A stretch of DNA of 63,947 nt, counting the filler. It is 6 parts of 6 records of this genome, joined end to end, with 100 filler letters (N's around TTAATTAATTAA, not from the genome) between each part and the next. Parts side by side here need not be neighbours in the genome. Positions count along the whole stretch, not along the records: positions 37,666 to 47,538 come from SRR20825006_2502; positions 47,639 to 56,477 come from SRR20825006_2505; 4 more parts are not named here. One strand, 5' to 3'. Below the pieces are notes generated by a model that ran no database searches, was not told the DNA's origin, and worked only from the letters and a program-made list of their open reading frames with translations. The position numbers and the translations under genes are program-made. Positions 38,126-48,622 of the stretch are shown here, piece by piece (position 1 is the stretch's first letter; each line of letters opens with the position of its first letter).

Positions 38126-38160
38126 AAAAACCACTTTATAATTTAATAAAGTGGTTTTTT
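38126..38160 (+). terminator. Rho-independent terminator
   Basis: AAAAACCACTTTA...TAAAGTGGTTTTT. Confidence 0.75.
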
Positions 38161-38197
38161 ATTTAGATTAAAAAATAATTGTTATTTTGAGCCAATT

Positions 38198-38560
38198 ATG
38201 GGCGAAAAACTTTCCAAACAAGAACTTCACAACCTCGCAATGAACATTGTAGGGAAACAGTTAGAGCAAGACGGCTATGAGTTTTTAGGCGTTAATTCTA
38301 AATTAAAAAGAGATCCACAATTTGTGGCTTTAAAAGATAAAATTCTTCATTTTATTATTGTTAGGGCTGTGGGTTTTCCGCAAGATGCACATGCATATGA
38401 CCCTGTATTTATGCACACCATTAAAGAACATGCTACAAAGTTTGAAGCTAGAACTTATTACGCTGGTGTAGGTTTGGGGCATGGAAGCGATTATGGAAAG
38501 CCAGTTTTAAAAGACGAAGATTACACAATGGTTTATAAAGGTTTACAAGAAATAATATGA
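38198..38560 (+). CDS. Hypothetical protein between nqrF and apbE
   Basis: 120-aa ORF overlapping the apbE start. Confidence 0.75.
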   Translation: MGEKLSKQELHNLAMNIVGKQLEQDGYEFLGVNSKLKRDPQFVALKDKILHFIIVRAVGFPQDAHAYDPVFMHTIKEHATKFEARTYYAGVGLGHGSDYGKPVLKDEDYTMVYKGLQEII

Positions 38561-39564
38561 AAAAGTTACTCTTAATTCCTGTCCTTCTGCTTTTTATATT
38601 TTGTGAAAAAAAAGAGCCTTCACCAGTTTTTTTGCAAGGTGATGCCTTTGGAACAACGTATAATATCCAGTTTTATTCCGAAAAAAATATTGATTTTAAA
38701 ATTGAATTGGATTCTGTTATCAATGCTGTAAACCATTCTGTGAGTACTTATATTCCAGAGAGCGATATTTCAAAAGTGAATAGTGGTGATGCTACAATTA
38801 CTGTTGATGCTATATTTAGAGAAGTGTTTGATATTTCAAAAGAAGTAAATAAAAACACCAATGGTTATTTTGATCCAACGATAGGCGTTCTCCGTAATGC
38901 TTATGGTTTTGGAACAGTAAAGCCATTGACGAAAATAGATAGCACTACCATAGATTCTTTAATGGAGTACGTAGGCTTTCATAAAGTGAAATTAAATAGC
39001 GATGGAACAATTTTTAAAGAAAATCCACATATATACTTCGACTTTAATGCAGTAGCAAAAGGATATGGAATTGATTGCATCGGACGTTTTTTAGAATCAA
39101 AAGGTGTAACAGATTATTTAATTGAACTTGGTGGAGAAATTCTCGCAAAGGGTGAAAACATTGAAAAACAGCAAGCTTGGGTAGTTGGAATTGAGGGGGT
39201 AGATTCTGAAGTGGAAGACCGAAGTTTTGAAGCAACCGTAAAATTAAAGGATGTTGGGATGGCATCTTCGGGTAATTATCGCAAATTTAGAGTTGATTCT
39301 GCAACAGGAAAAAGATATGTACACACCTTAAACCCTTTAACGGGTTCAGCTGAAAAAAGCGATGTAACGAGCGCCACAGTAATTGCGCCAACATGTGCTT
39401 TAGCTGATGCATATGCAACTTCGTTTATGGCTTTGGGTTTAGAAAAATCAAAAGCACTTTTGAAAAACTTACCGAAGGTAGATGCATATTTAACCTATAC
39501 TGACTCACTAAACAAGCATCAGGTTTATACTACTGAAGGGTTTAGAAAAAGATTAGGAAACTAA
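38557..39564 (+). CDS. apbE: FAD:protein FMN transferase ApbE
   Basis: FGTTYNI; FDPTIG; DFNAVAKGYGID; ELGGEI; ASSGNYR; ADAYAT. Confidence 0.93.
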   Translation: MKKLLLIPVLLLFIFCEKKEPSPVFLQGDAFGTTYNIQFYSEKNIDFKIELDSVINAVNHSVSTYIPESDISKVNSGDATITVDAIFREVFDISKEVNKNTNGYFDPTIGVLRNAYGFGTVKPLTKIDSTTIDSLMEYVGFHKVKLNSDGTIFKENPHIYFDFNAVAKGYGIDCIGRFLESKGVTDYLIELGGEILAKGENIEKQQAWVVGIEGVDSEVEDRSFEATVKLKDVGMASSGNYRKFRVDSATGKRYVHTLNPLTGSAEKSDVTSATVIAPTCALADAYATSFMALGLEKSKALLKNLPKVDAYLTYTDSLNKHQVYTTEGFRKRLGN

Positions 39565-40317
39565 TTTTCTACAAACAGGAATTAATTCACCTTGTGGTAA
39601 CCTGTATTTTTCAATTTCGGTTGTAGTTAAAGTTTTTGTATAATCTACGGCTTCAACTTTAAAGCCGATACTTTCAAGTTTGGTGAAATAATCCATTCCA
39701 TAAACCCGAACATGATCGTATTGTCCAAATATTTTGGCGCGTTCTTTTGGGTCTGTTATAGTATTGTCTTCAAAAGTTTTTTGCAAATCTGCTTTATAAG
39801 GAACTTGTAGTATTGCTATTCCACCAGGAGCTAAAACACGATATATTTCTTGCATTGCTTTGGTATCGTCTGGAATATGTTCTAGAACGTGGTTGCAGAT
39901 TATAAAATCGAATTCGTTATTCTGAAAAGGTAAAGCACAAATATCTGCTTTCACATCAGCAATTGGAGAGTTTAAATCTGTTGTTGTGTACTCCAAATTT
40001 CTCATACTTCTGAAATTTTTATAAAAGGCTTGTTCGGGAGCAAAGTGAAGCACTTTTATATTTTCAGTAAAAAAAGAAGTCTCATTTTTAAGGTAAAGCC
40101 AAAATAATCTATGGCGTTCCAAAGAAAGTGTGCCAGGTGAAAGCACGTTTTCACGTACAACTTCATACCCATACGGAAGAAATTTTCTATATGATTTACC
40201 ATTTATAGGGTCAGTATACTTGCTTCCCTTTAGAAAAAAAGCAATTAACGGGCGACCAATAATACTCAGCCGTATAAGCAATGGCCTTGGAATGGTATTT
40301 AATATTTTTTTAAACAA
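39553..40317 (-). CDS. Class I SAM-dependent methyltransferase
   Basis: SLERHR; VLHFAPE; ICNHVLEHI; RVLAPGG; FGQYDHVR. Confidence 0.85.
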   Translation of the reverse strand: MFKKILNTIPRPLLIRLSIIGRPLIAFFLKGSKYTDPINGKSYRKFLPYGYEVVRENVLSPGTLSLERHRLFWLYLKNETSFFTENIKVLHFAPEQAFYKNFRSMRNLEYTTTDLNSPIADVKADICALPFQNNEFDFIICNHVLEHIPDDTKAMQEIYRVLAPGGIAILQVPYKADLQKTFEDNTITDPKERAKIFGQYDHVRVYGMDYFTKLESIGFKVEAVDYTKTLTTTEIEKYRLPQGELIPVCRKLVS

Positions 40318-40329
40318 AGGTGGGTTTTG

Positions 40330-41148
40330 TTATATAACGAATTCTTTTTCCCTAAATTCTTTCTCTTCATCACTAACAATCCCCAAGGCTTCATATATAT
40401 ACGCAAAAGTAGAAAGTAACTCAGGTTTTCCGTTTACTAAGGCAATATTGTGCTCAAAATGTGCGCTTGGTTGTCCGTCTTGGGTAACAATGGTCCAGCC
40501 ATCTTTAAGCTGTTTAATTTTATGAGTTCCCATATTTATCATAGGTTCCAAAGCAATTGTCATCCCTTCAATGAATTTTTTTCCACGGCCACGTCGTCCG
40601 TAATTTGGCATTTCAGGATCTTCGTGCATTTTTCTTCCTAAACCATGACCTACAAGTTCACGAACTACACCATAACCTTGGGCTTCACAATAATTTTGAA
40701 TTGCGAAACCAACATCGCCAACTCGATTGCCAGCTTTAAACTCACGGATACCAATGTATAGCGATTCTTTTGTGATTTTTAAAAGCTTTTTAGTTTCTGA
40801 AGAAACTTCACCAACTTCAAAAGTATAGGCGTGATCTCCATAAAATCCATTTTTTATAGCGCCACAATCAATGGCAACAATATCTCCATCTTTTAGTGGT
40901 ACATCGGTTGGTAGGCCGTGAACTACAGCTTCGTTAACACTTGTTAATAAAGTTGACGGACAATCATACAATCCCAAAAATCCGGGAATTGCATCCTGGC
41001 TTCGAATATAATCTTCAGCCATTTTATTCAGTTGGTTGGTAGTTACGCCAGGTTTTACTTCTTTGGCAAGCATTCCTAAAGTTCGAGATACCACCAAAGC
41101 ACTTTCGCGCATCAATTCTATTTCTTCTCTTGTTTTTTGAATTATCAT
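40330..41148 (-). CDS. map: Methionine aminopeptidase type I
   Basis: SVNEAVVHGLP; DCG...GD; GHGLG..MHEDP; EPM; SAHFEH. Confidence 0.95.
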   Translation of the reverse strand: MIIQKTREEIELMRESALVVSRTLGMLAKEVKPGVTTNQLNKMAEDYIRSQDAIPGFLGLYDCPSTLLTSVNEAVVHGLPTDVPLKDGDIVAIDCGAIKNGFYGDHAYTFEVGEVSSETKKLLKITKESLYIGIREFKAGNRVGDVGFAIQNYCEAQGYGVVRELVGHGLGRKMHEDPEMPNYGRRGRGKKFIEGMTIALEPMINMGTHKIKQLKDGWTIVTQDGQPSAHFEHNIALVNGKPELLSTFAYIYEALGIVSDEEKEFREKEFVI

Positions 41149-41152
41149 AAAG

Positions 41153-41557
41153 TTATTTCAGAAAGGAAAAGAATCCTTTTTTCTTAGTTTTAAGTTTTTC
41201 TGACGACTCACCAACAAGTTGCAGGTATATTTCACCCCAACTTTTAAGGCCACCAATATTACGATCGTCTATAAAAATATCAGCATTTATTTTTCTGCTG
41301 TGCGTGGTGTCAAACTCTTCTTCGGGAAAACTTCTGTTTACGGCATAAAAAACGATGCCGTTTTGCTCGCAAAATTTTACAGCTTCTTCGAGTGCTTTTC
41401 CCTTGCGATAGGTCCATAAAATTAAGCGATGCCCATCGTTTTGTAGTCTTTTAAGAGTTTCAAAAGCAAAAATAATAGGTCGCCCAATGCGTGGATATTC
41501 ATCTTCAACGATGGTACCGTCAAAATCTACCGCTATTGTGATTGTTTCTTTTATCAT
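41153..41557 (-). CDS. BT0820-like HAD-type phosphatase
   Basis: IAVDFDGTIV; ILWT.R; KINADIFIDDRN. Confidence 0.85.
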   Translation of the reverse strand: MIKETITIAVDFDGTIVEDEYPRIGRPIIFAFETLKRLQNDGHRLILWTYRKGKALEEAVKFCEQNGIVFYAVNRSFPEEEFDTTHSRKINADIFIDDRNIGGLKSWGEIYLQLVGESSEKLKTKKKGFFSFLK

Positions 41558-41607
41558 GATTTTTATCAACTGGCAAAATTACAAAGAATTATACCGATGC
41601 TAAAGTT

Positions 41608-42198
41608 TTATTCAGCGTATGCGTGTTTATATTCTTTTCCGCTTAAAATGGCAAGCATATCCTTTTCAAGACTTTCAATTGGGTATTCTACAATTCTGCC
41701 TAATTCATTGTCGTTTTTATAAAAAATAAAAGTTGGCACATTTGTAATGTTTTTACCCTCTTCAAAACCTTGTGGGGTTGTTTTTTCATCGGAAACGGTT
41801 ATTAAAGTAAGTTTCGATTCATCAAAACCTGCCGCGTCAATAATTTTGTAAAAATGTGGTGTTTCACGTTGGCTGTCTTCACACCAAGTACCCATAAAGA
41901 TGGTAATGCTAACATCTTTTAAAAGGGGTTTTAGTTTTTCAATGGTTTCGGATTCCTCGGGGTAGCTTTCATAACCGGTATTAAACCAATCTTTAAAAGC
42001 GTCCATTTGAAAACCTTTGCGATTTGCTTTCCCCAATAACATTATTGAATCTTCATAGGCTACGGTATCATTTATTTTTTCGATACCGTTTTCAGAAACC
42101 ATTTTATTAGACTGAGTTTTATCTATTTTATTTTTTTCTTTTGAAGTATTACAAGCAACTAAAACTGCAGCTGTAAGTATGATAATTAGTTTTTTCAT
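41608..42198 (-). CDS. Thioredoxin-fold lipoprotein
   Basis: Lipobox LVAC; GTWCEDS; VPTFIF; ELGRIVE. Confidence 0.85.
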   Translation of the reverse strand: MKKLIIILTAAVLVACNTSKEKNKIDKTQSNKMVSENGIEKINDTVAYEDSIMLLGKANRKGFQMDAFKDWFNTGYESYPEESETIEKLKPLLKDVSITIFMGTWCEDSQRETPHFYKIIDAAGFDESKLTLITVSDEKTTPQGFEEGKNITNVPTFIFYKNDNELGRIVEYPIESLEKDMLAILSGKEYKHAYAE

Positions 42199-42201
42199 AA
42201 T

Positions 42202-43719
42202 TTAAATTAAAGAGGTTTGTCTCATTATTTCAGGTCTTTTAACACCCATAATATCTAGGATTGTAGGAGCTATATCACCTAATATACCATTCTTAACGGT
42301 TTTTATTTCAGGGTCCACAACAATAATTGGGACGGGATTTGTAGTGTGTGCCGTATTTGGTGAGCCATCTGCATTGCGCATAGTTTCACTATTGCCATGG
42401 TCGGCGATTATAATTGTTGTGTAATGGCTTTTTAGCGCTTTTTCAACGATTGCTTTTGTGCATATATCAACTGTTTCGCAAGCTATGATGGCTGCTTCAA
42501 AAACACCTGTATGGCCAACCATATCTGGATTTGCAAAGTTTAAACAAATAAAATCTGCAGTTTCATTTTCTATTTCTGGTAGTATCATATCCCGAAGATC
42601 GTATGCGCTCATTTCAGGTTTTAAATCGTAAGTAGCTACTGCTGGAGAAGGGCAAAGAATGCGTTTTTCTCCTTCAAAAGGAACTTCTCTACCACCAGAA
42701 AAGAAAAAAGTAACGTGTGGATATTTCTCCGTTTCTGCAATACGAATTTGTTTTTTTCCGTTTTTCTCTAACACTTCACCCAACGTATCGTGTAGGTTTT
42801 CTTTGTTGTAAACCACATGAATATTTCCGAAGGAATCGTCATAATTGGTAAGCGTTACAAAATACAGCGGAAGCGTTTTCATGCCGAATTGTTCGTAGCT
42901 TTTCTGTGTTAAAGCTTCGGTAAGTTGTCTGCCACGATCGGTTCTAAAGTTGAAGAAAATTACAACATCGTCTTCTTCAATAGTTGCCATAGGTTTTTCT
43001 TCAGAATTTGTCATTACAATGGGTTCAATAAATTCATCAGAAATTCCATTTGCATAACTTTCTTCAATACTTTTTATCGCATTTTTTGAAGGGTTTCCTT
43101 TTCCGAAGCGTAATAAATCATAGGTTTTTTTTACACGTTCCCAACGTTTATCACGATCCATGGCAAAATAACGACCAATGATTGTTGCAAGTTTTCCGCC
43201 AGTTTCTGCTAAATGGTTTTGTAGTTCTGCAATAAAATTTTTCCCAGAATGCGGATCTACATCGCGGCCATCTGTAAATGCATGCACATATACATTTTTT
43301 AAGTTTTCATGCTGTGCAGCAGAAAGTAATCCTTTTAAGTGATTTATGTGAGAATGTACGCCACCATTAGATACGAGGCCTAAAAAATGTACGTTTTTAT
43401 TGTTTTTTTTAGCATATTGAAAAGCTTCTTGCAACTCTTTTTCATTGCTTAAAGTGCCACTTTCTACAGCCAAATTTATTTTTGCGAGATCCTGATAAAC
43501 AATTCTTCCAGCACCCAAATTCATATGTCCCACTTCGCTATTGCCCATTTGACCGTCCGGCAAACCAACGTTCATACCGTGGGTAAGCAATTGAGCATGC
43601 GGATAGTTGTTGTAGAGTGAATCTATAAATGGCGTATTGGCCTGTGAAATGGCTGAAAGAGAAGCGTCGCTAGAAATTCCCCAGCCATCGAGAATCATTA
43701 AAAGGACTTTTTTATTCAT
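42202..43719 (-). CDS. gpmI: 2,3-bisphosphoglycerate-independent phosphoglycerate mutase
   Basis: ILDGWG; GQMGNSEVGH; GRYFAMDRD; AETEKYPHVTFFF; DMVGHTG; ADHGN. Confidence 0.97.
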   Translation of the reverse strand: MNKKVLLMILDGWGISSDASLSAISQANTPFIDSLYNNYPHAQLLTHGMNVGLPDGQMGNSEVGHMNLGAGRIVYQDLAKINLAVESGTLSNEKELQEAFQYAKKNNKNVHFLGLVSNGGVHSHINHLKGLLSAAQHENLKNVYVHAFTDGRDVDPHSGKNFIAELQNHLAETGGKLATIIGRYFAMDRDKRWERVKKTYDLLRFGKGNPSKNAIKSIEESYANGISDEFIEPIVMTNSEEKPMATIEEDDVVIFFNFRTDRGRQLTEALTQKSYEQFGMKTLPLYFVTLTNYDDSFGNIHVVYNKENLHDTLGEVLEKNGKKQIRIAETEKYPHVTFFFSGGREVPFEGEKRILCPSPAVATYDLKPEMSAYDLRDMILPEIENETADFICLNFANPDMVGHTGVFEAAIIACETVDICTKAIVEKALKSHYTTIIIADHGNSETMRNADGSPNTAHTTNPVPIIVVDPEIKTVKNGILGDIAPTILDIMGVKRPEIMRQTSLI

Positions 43720-43723
43720 TGTG

Positions 43724-43731
43724 CAAAGATA
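43724..43731 (-). promoter_or_regulatory. Bacteroidota -7 promoter box
   Basis: Minus strand TATCTTTG ends 5 nt before the gpmI ATG. Confidence 0.6.
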
Positions 43732-43749
43732 CGAAGTGTAGTTGGGAAA

Positions 43750-44502
43750 TTAAGTTTGTGGGAGCAACTTCGGGTTAATATCTAAAATATTTTCTGACAC
43801 ATATTTTGAAACGAATGTTTCAGAAAAATGCGCATTACCCATTATTTTTTCTTCAGAAAGCATTTTTTTTACATCAATTTGTGCTTTATAAGCTTGTAAC
43901 ATTGGTATAGATACTGGCGCATAACTGAAATGCCAAGGTTCATATTTAAAACCTTTGCGGTTGCCATTATCTGTGTAAACTTCATAAAAACCATATGTTT
44001 CGGCGTGTGTGTTTAACCATGTTTTTAATTTGCAATAGGGACCAGTACCGTGAAAATTTTCTGGCATTAGCACATTTGCGGGTCGTGGTGCATTGGCATC
44101 AATTATATCGATGTCGGTTCCCCAATGATGGCGTGAAGTACCAGGAATAGTAGAGTATTCTATTATTTTTTGAATTGCTTTTTCAGGAGTAAGTCCATCG
44201 GAAGTAAATTTTTTATACTTTCCTTCAAAAATTTCTTTTTGCCGTTGAAAACTTCGGTAGGAGGAAACGACTTCAATGTTTAGATTTTCTTTTGCCGCCG
44301 CAGCTTTCATTTTCTGGAATGCTTCCTTCGTTTCTTTATGCATTTTGGAAGTATAACTTTCACCAATAATATCAGGATTTCCTTTTCCTATTAATTGATT
44401 ACGAGTAAATTCTTCTGAAAAAACCTTAAAAGATAATTGCGGAAAAATTGCCATGCTCATTCCTACAAGGCCTGTAATTTTTATGAATTCATTTCGTCTC
44501 AT
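43750..44502 (-). CDS. M15 (VanY-like) D,D-carboxypeptidase with Tat-like signal
   Basis: MRRNEFIK; SSYRS..RQ; PGTSRHHWGTDID; YEPWH. Confidence 0.9.
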   Translation of the reverse strand: MRRNEFIKITGLVGMSMAIFPQLSFKVFSEEFTRNQLIGKGNPDIIGESYTSKMHKETKEAFQKMKAAAAKENLNIEVVSSYRSFQRQKEIFEGKYKKFTSDGLTPEKAIQKIIEYSTIPGTSRHHWGTDIDIIDANAPRPANVLMPENFHGTGPYCKLKTWLNTHAETYGFYEVYTDNGNRKGFKYEPWHFSYAPVSIPMLQAYKAQIDVKKMLSEEKIMGNAHFSETFVSKYVSENILDINPKLLPQT

Positions 44503-44664
44503 TATTGCAATAACGTTATTTAGTTTACTAAATTCGTTAAAAATAATCTAGTTGACGGGAACTGTTTTCAATTTAATTCAATTTTATCAATTGAAAACTA
44601 TCTTCATGATAATAAATCTCAAACTATTTTATACATTTACCAACCTCTAAAACCCTGTAATAGT

Positions 44665-46218
44665 ATGAATTTCAAGAACTTACTTGCAATTGAATTGTTT
44701 TTTGTTTTTGTAACAACATCCATGTTTGGACAAAATGTTATGATTACAAATAATAACAACCCGAACGAACCCGCTATCATGATGAATCCTTTGAATACTG
44801 ATATTCTAGTGGCTGGCGCAAATTTGAATAACCTTTACCATAGCAATGATGGTGGTCTTACCTGGAGTGAACAAACGATGACTTCACCATTCGGTGTGTG
44901 GGGAGACCCAACCTTTGATGTGGATACCGAAGGAAATTTTTATTATTTCCATTTATCAAACCCGCCAAGCGGTAATTGGATTGACCGTATTGTTTGTCAG
45001 AAATCTACCGATAATGGAAGTAATTGGAGTAGTGGAACATTTACGGGGCTTAATGGAACAAAAGCACAAGATAAGCAATGGAGCATTGTAGATAGGACTA
45101 ATGATTATATATATCTTACTTGGACGCAGTTTGATAGTTATGGAAGTTCTAATCCGGCAGATGTTTCACAAATTATGTTTTCAAAATCTACGGATGGTGC
45201 TCAAACTTGGTCAACCCCAAAAAAAATAAATATTGTGGATGGCGATTGTATTGATGAAGATGATACTGTAGAAGGTGCTGTGCCGGCAGTAGGACCAAAC
45301 GGAGAAGTTTATGTAGCTTGGGCTGGCCCTAATGGAATAGTTTTTAATAAATCTTTAGATCAAGGTGAAACTTGGTTAAATCAAGAAATAGCTGTAGATC
45401 CCATGCCCACTGGTTGGGATTATAGTATTCCTGGAATAATCCGTGCAAATGGATTGCCAATTACAAAATGCGACCTTAGTGGTGGGCCAAATCACGGAAC
45501 AATCTACATAAATTGGAGCGACCAACGAAATGGGGCAGATGATACCGATATATGGATGAGTAAATCTACAGACGGTGGAGATACTTGGAGTGGCCCAATA
45601 CGTGTTAATGATGATGGTGCAGGAAAACAACAGTTTTTTACTTGGATGGATGTAGACCAAACTAATGGTAATTTATTTTTTGTGTTTTACGACAGAAGAA
45701 ATTATACAGATACCAATACAGATGTTTATATGGCATATTCACTGGATGGTGGAAATACTATAACCAATAAACGAATTAGTGAATCACCATTTGTACCTAA
45801 TACAGGTGTTTTCTTTGGGGATTATACCAATATTATTGCGCATAACAATGTAGTTAGACCAATTTGGACACGCCTACAAGGGGGACAATTAAGTATTTGG
45901 ACTGATGTTACTCCATTTACACTTTCTGTTGAGGATGAAACCATACCACAGGTAAATAATGCAGTACAATACCCAAATCCTGCAAGTAATATTAGTTACG
46001 TTTCCTTTAAATTACATGAAGAAGCTACAGTTAGCATAGATCTTTTTGATGCCCAAGGGAGGAATGTGCATACCGTTATGAACAATGAAACTAAGGGGTA
46101 TGGTAAATATATTATTCCTATAAATTTAAGTGAAATAAATCTTGCTGATGGCAGTTATTTCTGCAAGTTAACTGTAAACGGAGCTTCCAAAACTCTTAAA
46201 ATGATTGTAATTGAGTAA
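44665..46218 (+). CDS. BNR/Asp-box (sialidase-like) beta-propeller protein with T9SS sorting domain
   Basis: Repeated S.D.G.TW Asp-boxes; FFGDY; QYPNPA C-terminal domain. Confidence 0.85.
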   Translation: MNFKNLLAIELFFVFVTTSMFGQNVMITNNNNPNEPAIMMNPLNTDILVAGANLNNLYHSNDGGLTWSEQTMTSPFGVWGDPTFDVDTEGNFYYFHLSNPPSGNWIDRIVCQKSTDNGSNWSSGTFTGLNGTKAQDKQWSIVDRTNDYIYLTWTQFDSYGSSNPADVSQIMFSKSTDGAQTWSTPKKINIVDGDCIDEDDTVEGAVPAVGPNGEVYVAWAGPNGIVFNKSLDQGETWLNQEIAVDPMPTGWDYSIPGIIRANGLPITKCDLSGGPNHGTIYINWSDQRNGADDTDIWMSKSTDGGDTWSGPIRVNDDGAGKQQFFTWMDVDQTNGNLFFVFYDRRNYTDTNTDVYMAYSLDGGNTITNKRISESPFVPNTGVFFGDYTNIIAHNNVVRPIWTRLQGGQLSIWTDVTPFTLSVEDETIPQVNNAVQYPNPASNISYVSFKLHEEATVSIDLFDAQGRNVHTVMNNETKGYGKYIIPINLSEINLADGSYFCKLTVNGASKTLKMIVIE

Positions 46219-46652
46219 TGACTGAAAATGAAATTTCAATAAAAATTATTCCTTCATCAGAAATCTTTAGAATTATTCCCCTGTTACAAAAACTGGGGAA
46301 TAATTCAATTTCTGAAACACTTTTAAAAGAACGTTTACAAGAAATGGTTCAACAGCATTATGAATGTCTTGGCGTTTTTGATGCTGAAAATTTAGTAGGT
46401 ATCTGCGGTTTATGGTTTCAAACACGCCATTATGCAGGTAAAAGTGTTGAAATGGATCACGTTATCATTGATGATGCATACCGAAGTCACGGTCTTGGCA
46501 AAATGCTTACAGAATATGTTAGTGAGTACGCCAAGAAAAAATCATGTAAATGGGTAGAGCTGAATACGTATGTGCACAATTTTCCTTCACATAAATTTTA
46601 TTACAATCAAGGTTTTGTAGCAAAAGGATATCATTTTGTAAAGGAGCTTTGA
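46218..46652 (+). CDS. GNAT family N-acetyltransferase
   Basis: VIIDDAYRSHGLGK; N..SHKFY...GF. Confidence 0.88.
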   Translation: MTENEISIKIIPSSEIFRIIPLLQKLGNNSISETLLKERLQEMVQQHYECLGVFDAENLVGICGLWFQTRHYAGKSVEMDHVIIDDAYRSHGLGKMLTEYVSEYAKKKSCKWVELNTYVHNFPSHKFYYNQGFVAKGYHFVKEL

Positions 46653-46683
46653 GCTCTTCCTCATTTACAAAACCATCTTTTTG

Positions 46684-47403
46684 TTAATGCGTAGAATTAA
46701 AATAATTTGAGAATTCAGTTCCATTTTCTACTTCGTATGCTTTTTTTCCTTGCTCAAATACTCGGGCCTGTAATTTACCTTTAAGAGTAATTTTGTCATT
46801 TTGTACTCGTAACCAGCTCCCTTCACGCAATCCAACAACGGGAACAGTACTTTGTGTGTGAAACTCATTAATGCGGGTCTCTCTAGTTTCACCCATGTGT
46901 TTACTACTTGTATCAGGGTCTAAATAATGAGGGTTAAGGTTAAATGGTATAGCACCTAATGTTTTAAAAGAAGGCGGATATACAATAGGCATATCGTTTG
47001 TAGTTTGCATAGAAACGCCACAAATATTACTGCCAGCACTAGTACCCATATAAGGCATGCCCTTATAAATAGCTTCGCGAAGGGCTTGCATAATTTCTAA
47101 TTGATAGAGTGCATTCACTAAAACAAATGTATTTCCTCCACCTGTAAAAACACCTTTAGCGTTTTTTAAAGCTTCAACAGGCTTGTTGAAAGTATGTAAT
47201 CCGATAATTTTTTTGCCAATTTTCTGAAATGTAGTTGCAGCTTTTTCTGTGTACTGGTCATGACTGATTCCGCCCGGACGAGCGTACGGGATGAAGATAA
47301 CTTCGTCCGTGTTTTTAAAAAGCTCTGTTATTTCTTCACTTAGATAATCTAGATATTCTCCACCATAAACGGTACTGGTACTTGCTATAATTAGGTTCTT
47401 CAT
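46684..47403 (-). CDS. pepE: Dipeptidase E (S51)
   Basis: FIPYA; GGGNTF; GTSAGSN; TTNDMPI; NPHY; GETRETRI.EF. Confidence 0.93.
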   Translation of the reverse strand: MKNLIIASTSTVYGGEYLDYLSEEITELFKNTDEVIFIPYARPGGISHDQYTEKAATTFQKIGKKIIGLHTFNKPVEALKNAKGVFTGGGNTFVLVNALYQLEIMQALREAIYKGMPYMGTSAGSNICGVSMQTTNDMPIVYPPSFKTLGAIPFNLNPHYLDPDTSSKHMGETRETRINEFHTQSTVPVVGLREGSWLRVQNDKITLKGKLQARVFEQGKKAYEVENGTEFSNYFNSTH

Positions 47404-47538
47404 GTTTTTTATTTCAAAAATAAAATTAATGATTAAAAATGTAACAGTAATTTATTTTATATGAAATACACAAATCATTTTAATTAAGAACATATAAATA
47501 GGGAATGGTTATAAAAAAGGGTTGTTTTGAATATTCAA

Positions 47539-47638
47539 NNNNNNNNNNNNNNNNNNNNNNNNNNNNNNNNNNNNNNNNNNNNTTAATTAATTAANNNNNN
47601 NNNNNNNNNNNNNNNNNNNNNNNNNNNNNNNNNNNNNN
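47539..47638. other. Artificial contig linker
   Basis: N-run + TTAATTAATTAA + N-run. Confidence 0.98.
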
Positions 47639-47650
47639 AATAAAAATTTA

Positions 47651-47658
47651 TATCTTTG
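47651..47658 (+). promoter_or_regulatory. Bacteroidota -7 promoter box of yceD-rpmF operon
   Basis: TATCTTTG (TAnnTTTG). Confidence 0.65.
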
Positions 47659-47696
47659 CACCCGCCTTATACTTGAGGTATAGGCAATTAAAACTG

Positions 47697-48242
47697 ATGT
47701 TTAAAATGAAGAAGTTCAAGGAGTTTGACATCCAATTTGTAGGATTAAAACAAGGAAAACACCAGTTCGACTTTGAAATAAAGCAAAAGTTCTTTGATGC
47801 TTTTGAGTTTGAAGAGTTTAACGATGCCAATGTGCATGTTGATCTTACTTTGGATAAAAAAAGCACTATGTTGGAGTTAACCTTTGAATGTGAAGGATTT
47901 GTAAATGTTTATTGCGATTTATCCAATGAGCCTTACGATCAAGAAATCAAAAGTAAACTTCATCTATTAGTTAAGTTTGGTGATGAGTATAACGATGAGA
48001 ACGAAGAAGTTCTAATTATACCACATAGCGAATATCAAATAAATGTAGCACAATATATTTATGAGATGATCGTACTTTCGGTTCCTAACAAAAGGATTCA
48101 TCCGGGAGTAAAAGATGGAACTTTATCGACAGAAATTTTAGAGAAACTGGAAGCGTTTCAACCAAAAGAAGAAAAAGAAAATAAAGACGGAGAAACAGAT
48201 CCTCGATGGGATCAATTGAAAAAACTATTAACGGATAAATAA
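47697..48242 (+). CDS. yceD: YceD/DUF177 family protein
   Basis: F.GLK.GKH.F; CD...[11 protein letters not shown]; immediately upstream of rpmF. Confidence 0.88.
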   Translation: MFKMKKFKEFDIQFVGLKQGKHQFDFEIKQKFFDAFEFEEFNDANVHVDLTLDKKSTMLELTFECEGFVNVYCDLSNEPYDQEIKSKLHLLVKFGDEYNDENEEVLIIPHSEYQINVAQYIYEMIVLSVPNKRIHPGVKDGTLSTEILEKLEAFQPKEEKENKDGETDPRWDQLKKLLTDK

Positions 48243-48250
48243 GATTTAAA

Positions 48251-48448
48251 ATGGCACATCCTAAAAGAAGACAGTCTAGCACAAGAAGAGATAAAAGAAG
48301 AACGCATTACAAAGCTACGACTCCTCAAATCGCTACAGACCCAACAACGGGTGAAGCGCATGTGTATCACAGAGCTCACTGGCATGAAGGTAAACTTTAT
48401 TACAGAGGACAAGTTCTTATCGATAACACAACTGAAGAAGTAGCGTAA
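48251..48448 (+). CDS. rpmF: 50S ribosomal protein L32
   Basis: [21 protein letters not shown]. Confidence 0.96.
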   Translation: MAHPKRRQSSTRRDKRRTHYKATTPQIATDPTTGEAHVYHRAHWHEGKLYYRGQVLIDNTTEEVA

Positions 48449-48472
48449 TGCTAAAAAATTTAGTTAAAAGTT

Positions 48473-48502
48473 AAAACTCTCACATGAAGTGAGAGTTTTT
48501 TT
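48473..48502 (+). terminator. Rho-independent terminator
   Basis: AAAACTCTCAC...GTGAGAGTTTT + T-run. Confidence 0.75.
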
Positions 48503-48622
48503 ATTCAAAATTTTTCTATAAGTCAAAAACACCCTATTTTGCACCGCTATTCGAAGGAAAATTAGTAAATTCGATTAATTTCCGTCGAATTTTGCCGTTT
48601 TTGACAAAAAACTAAGCGAATT

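Noticed and set aside
48449-48622. Absence of plsX between rpmF and fabH
   Set aside because: To my knowledge a common arrangement in Flavobacteriaceae; not unusual.
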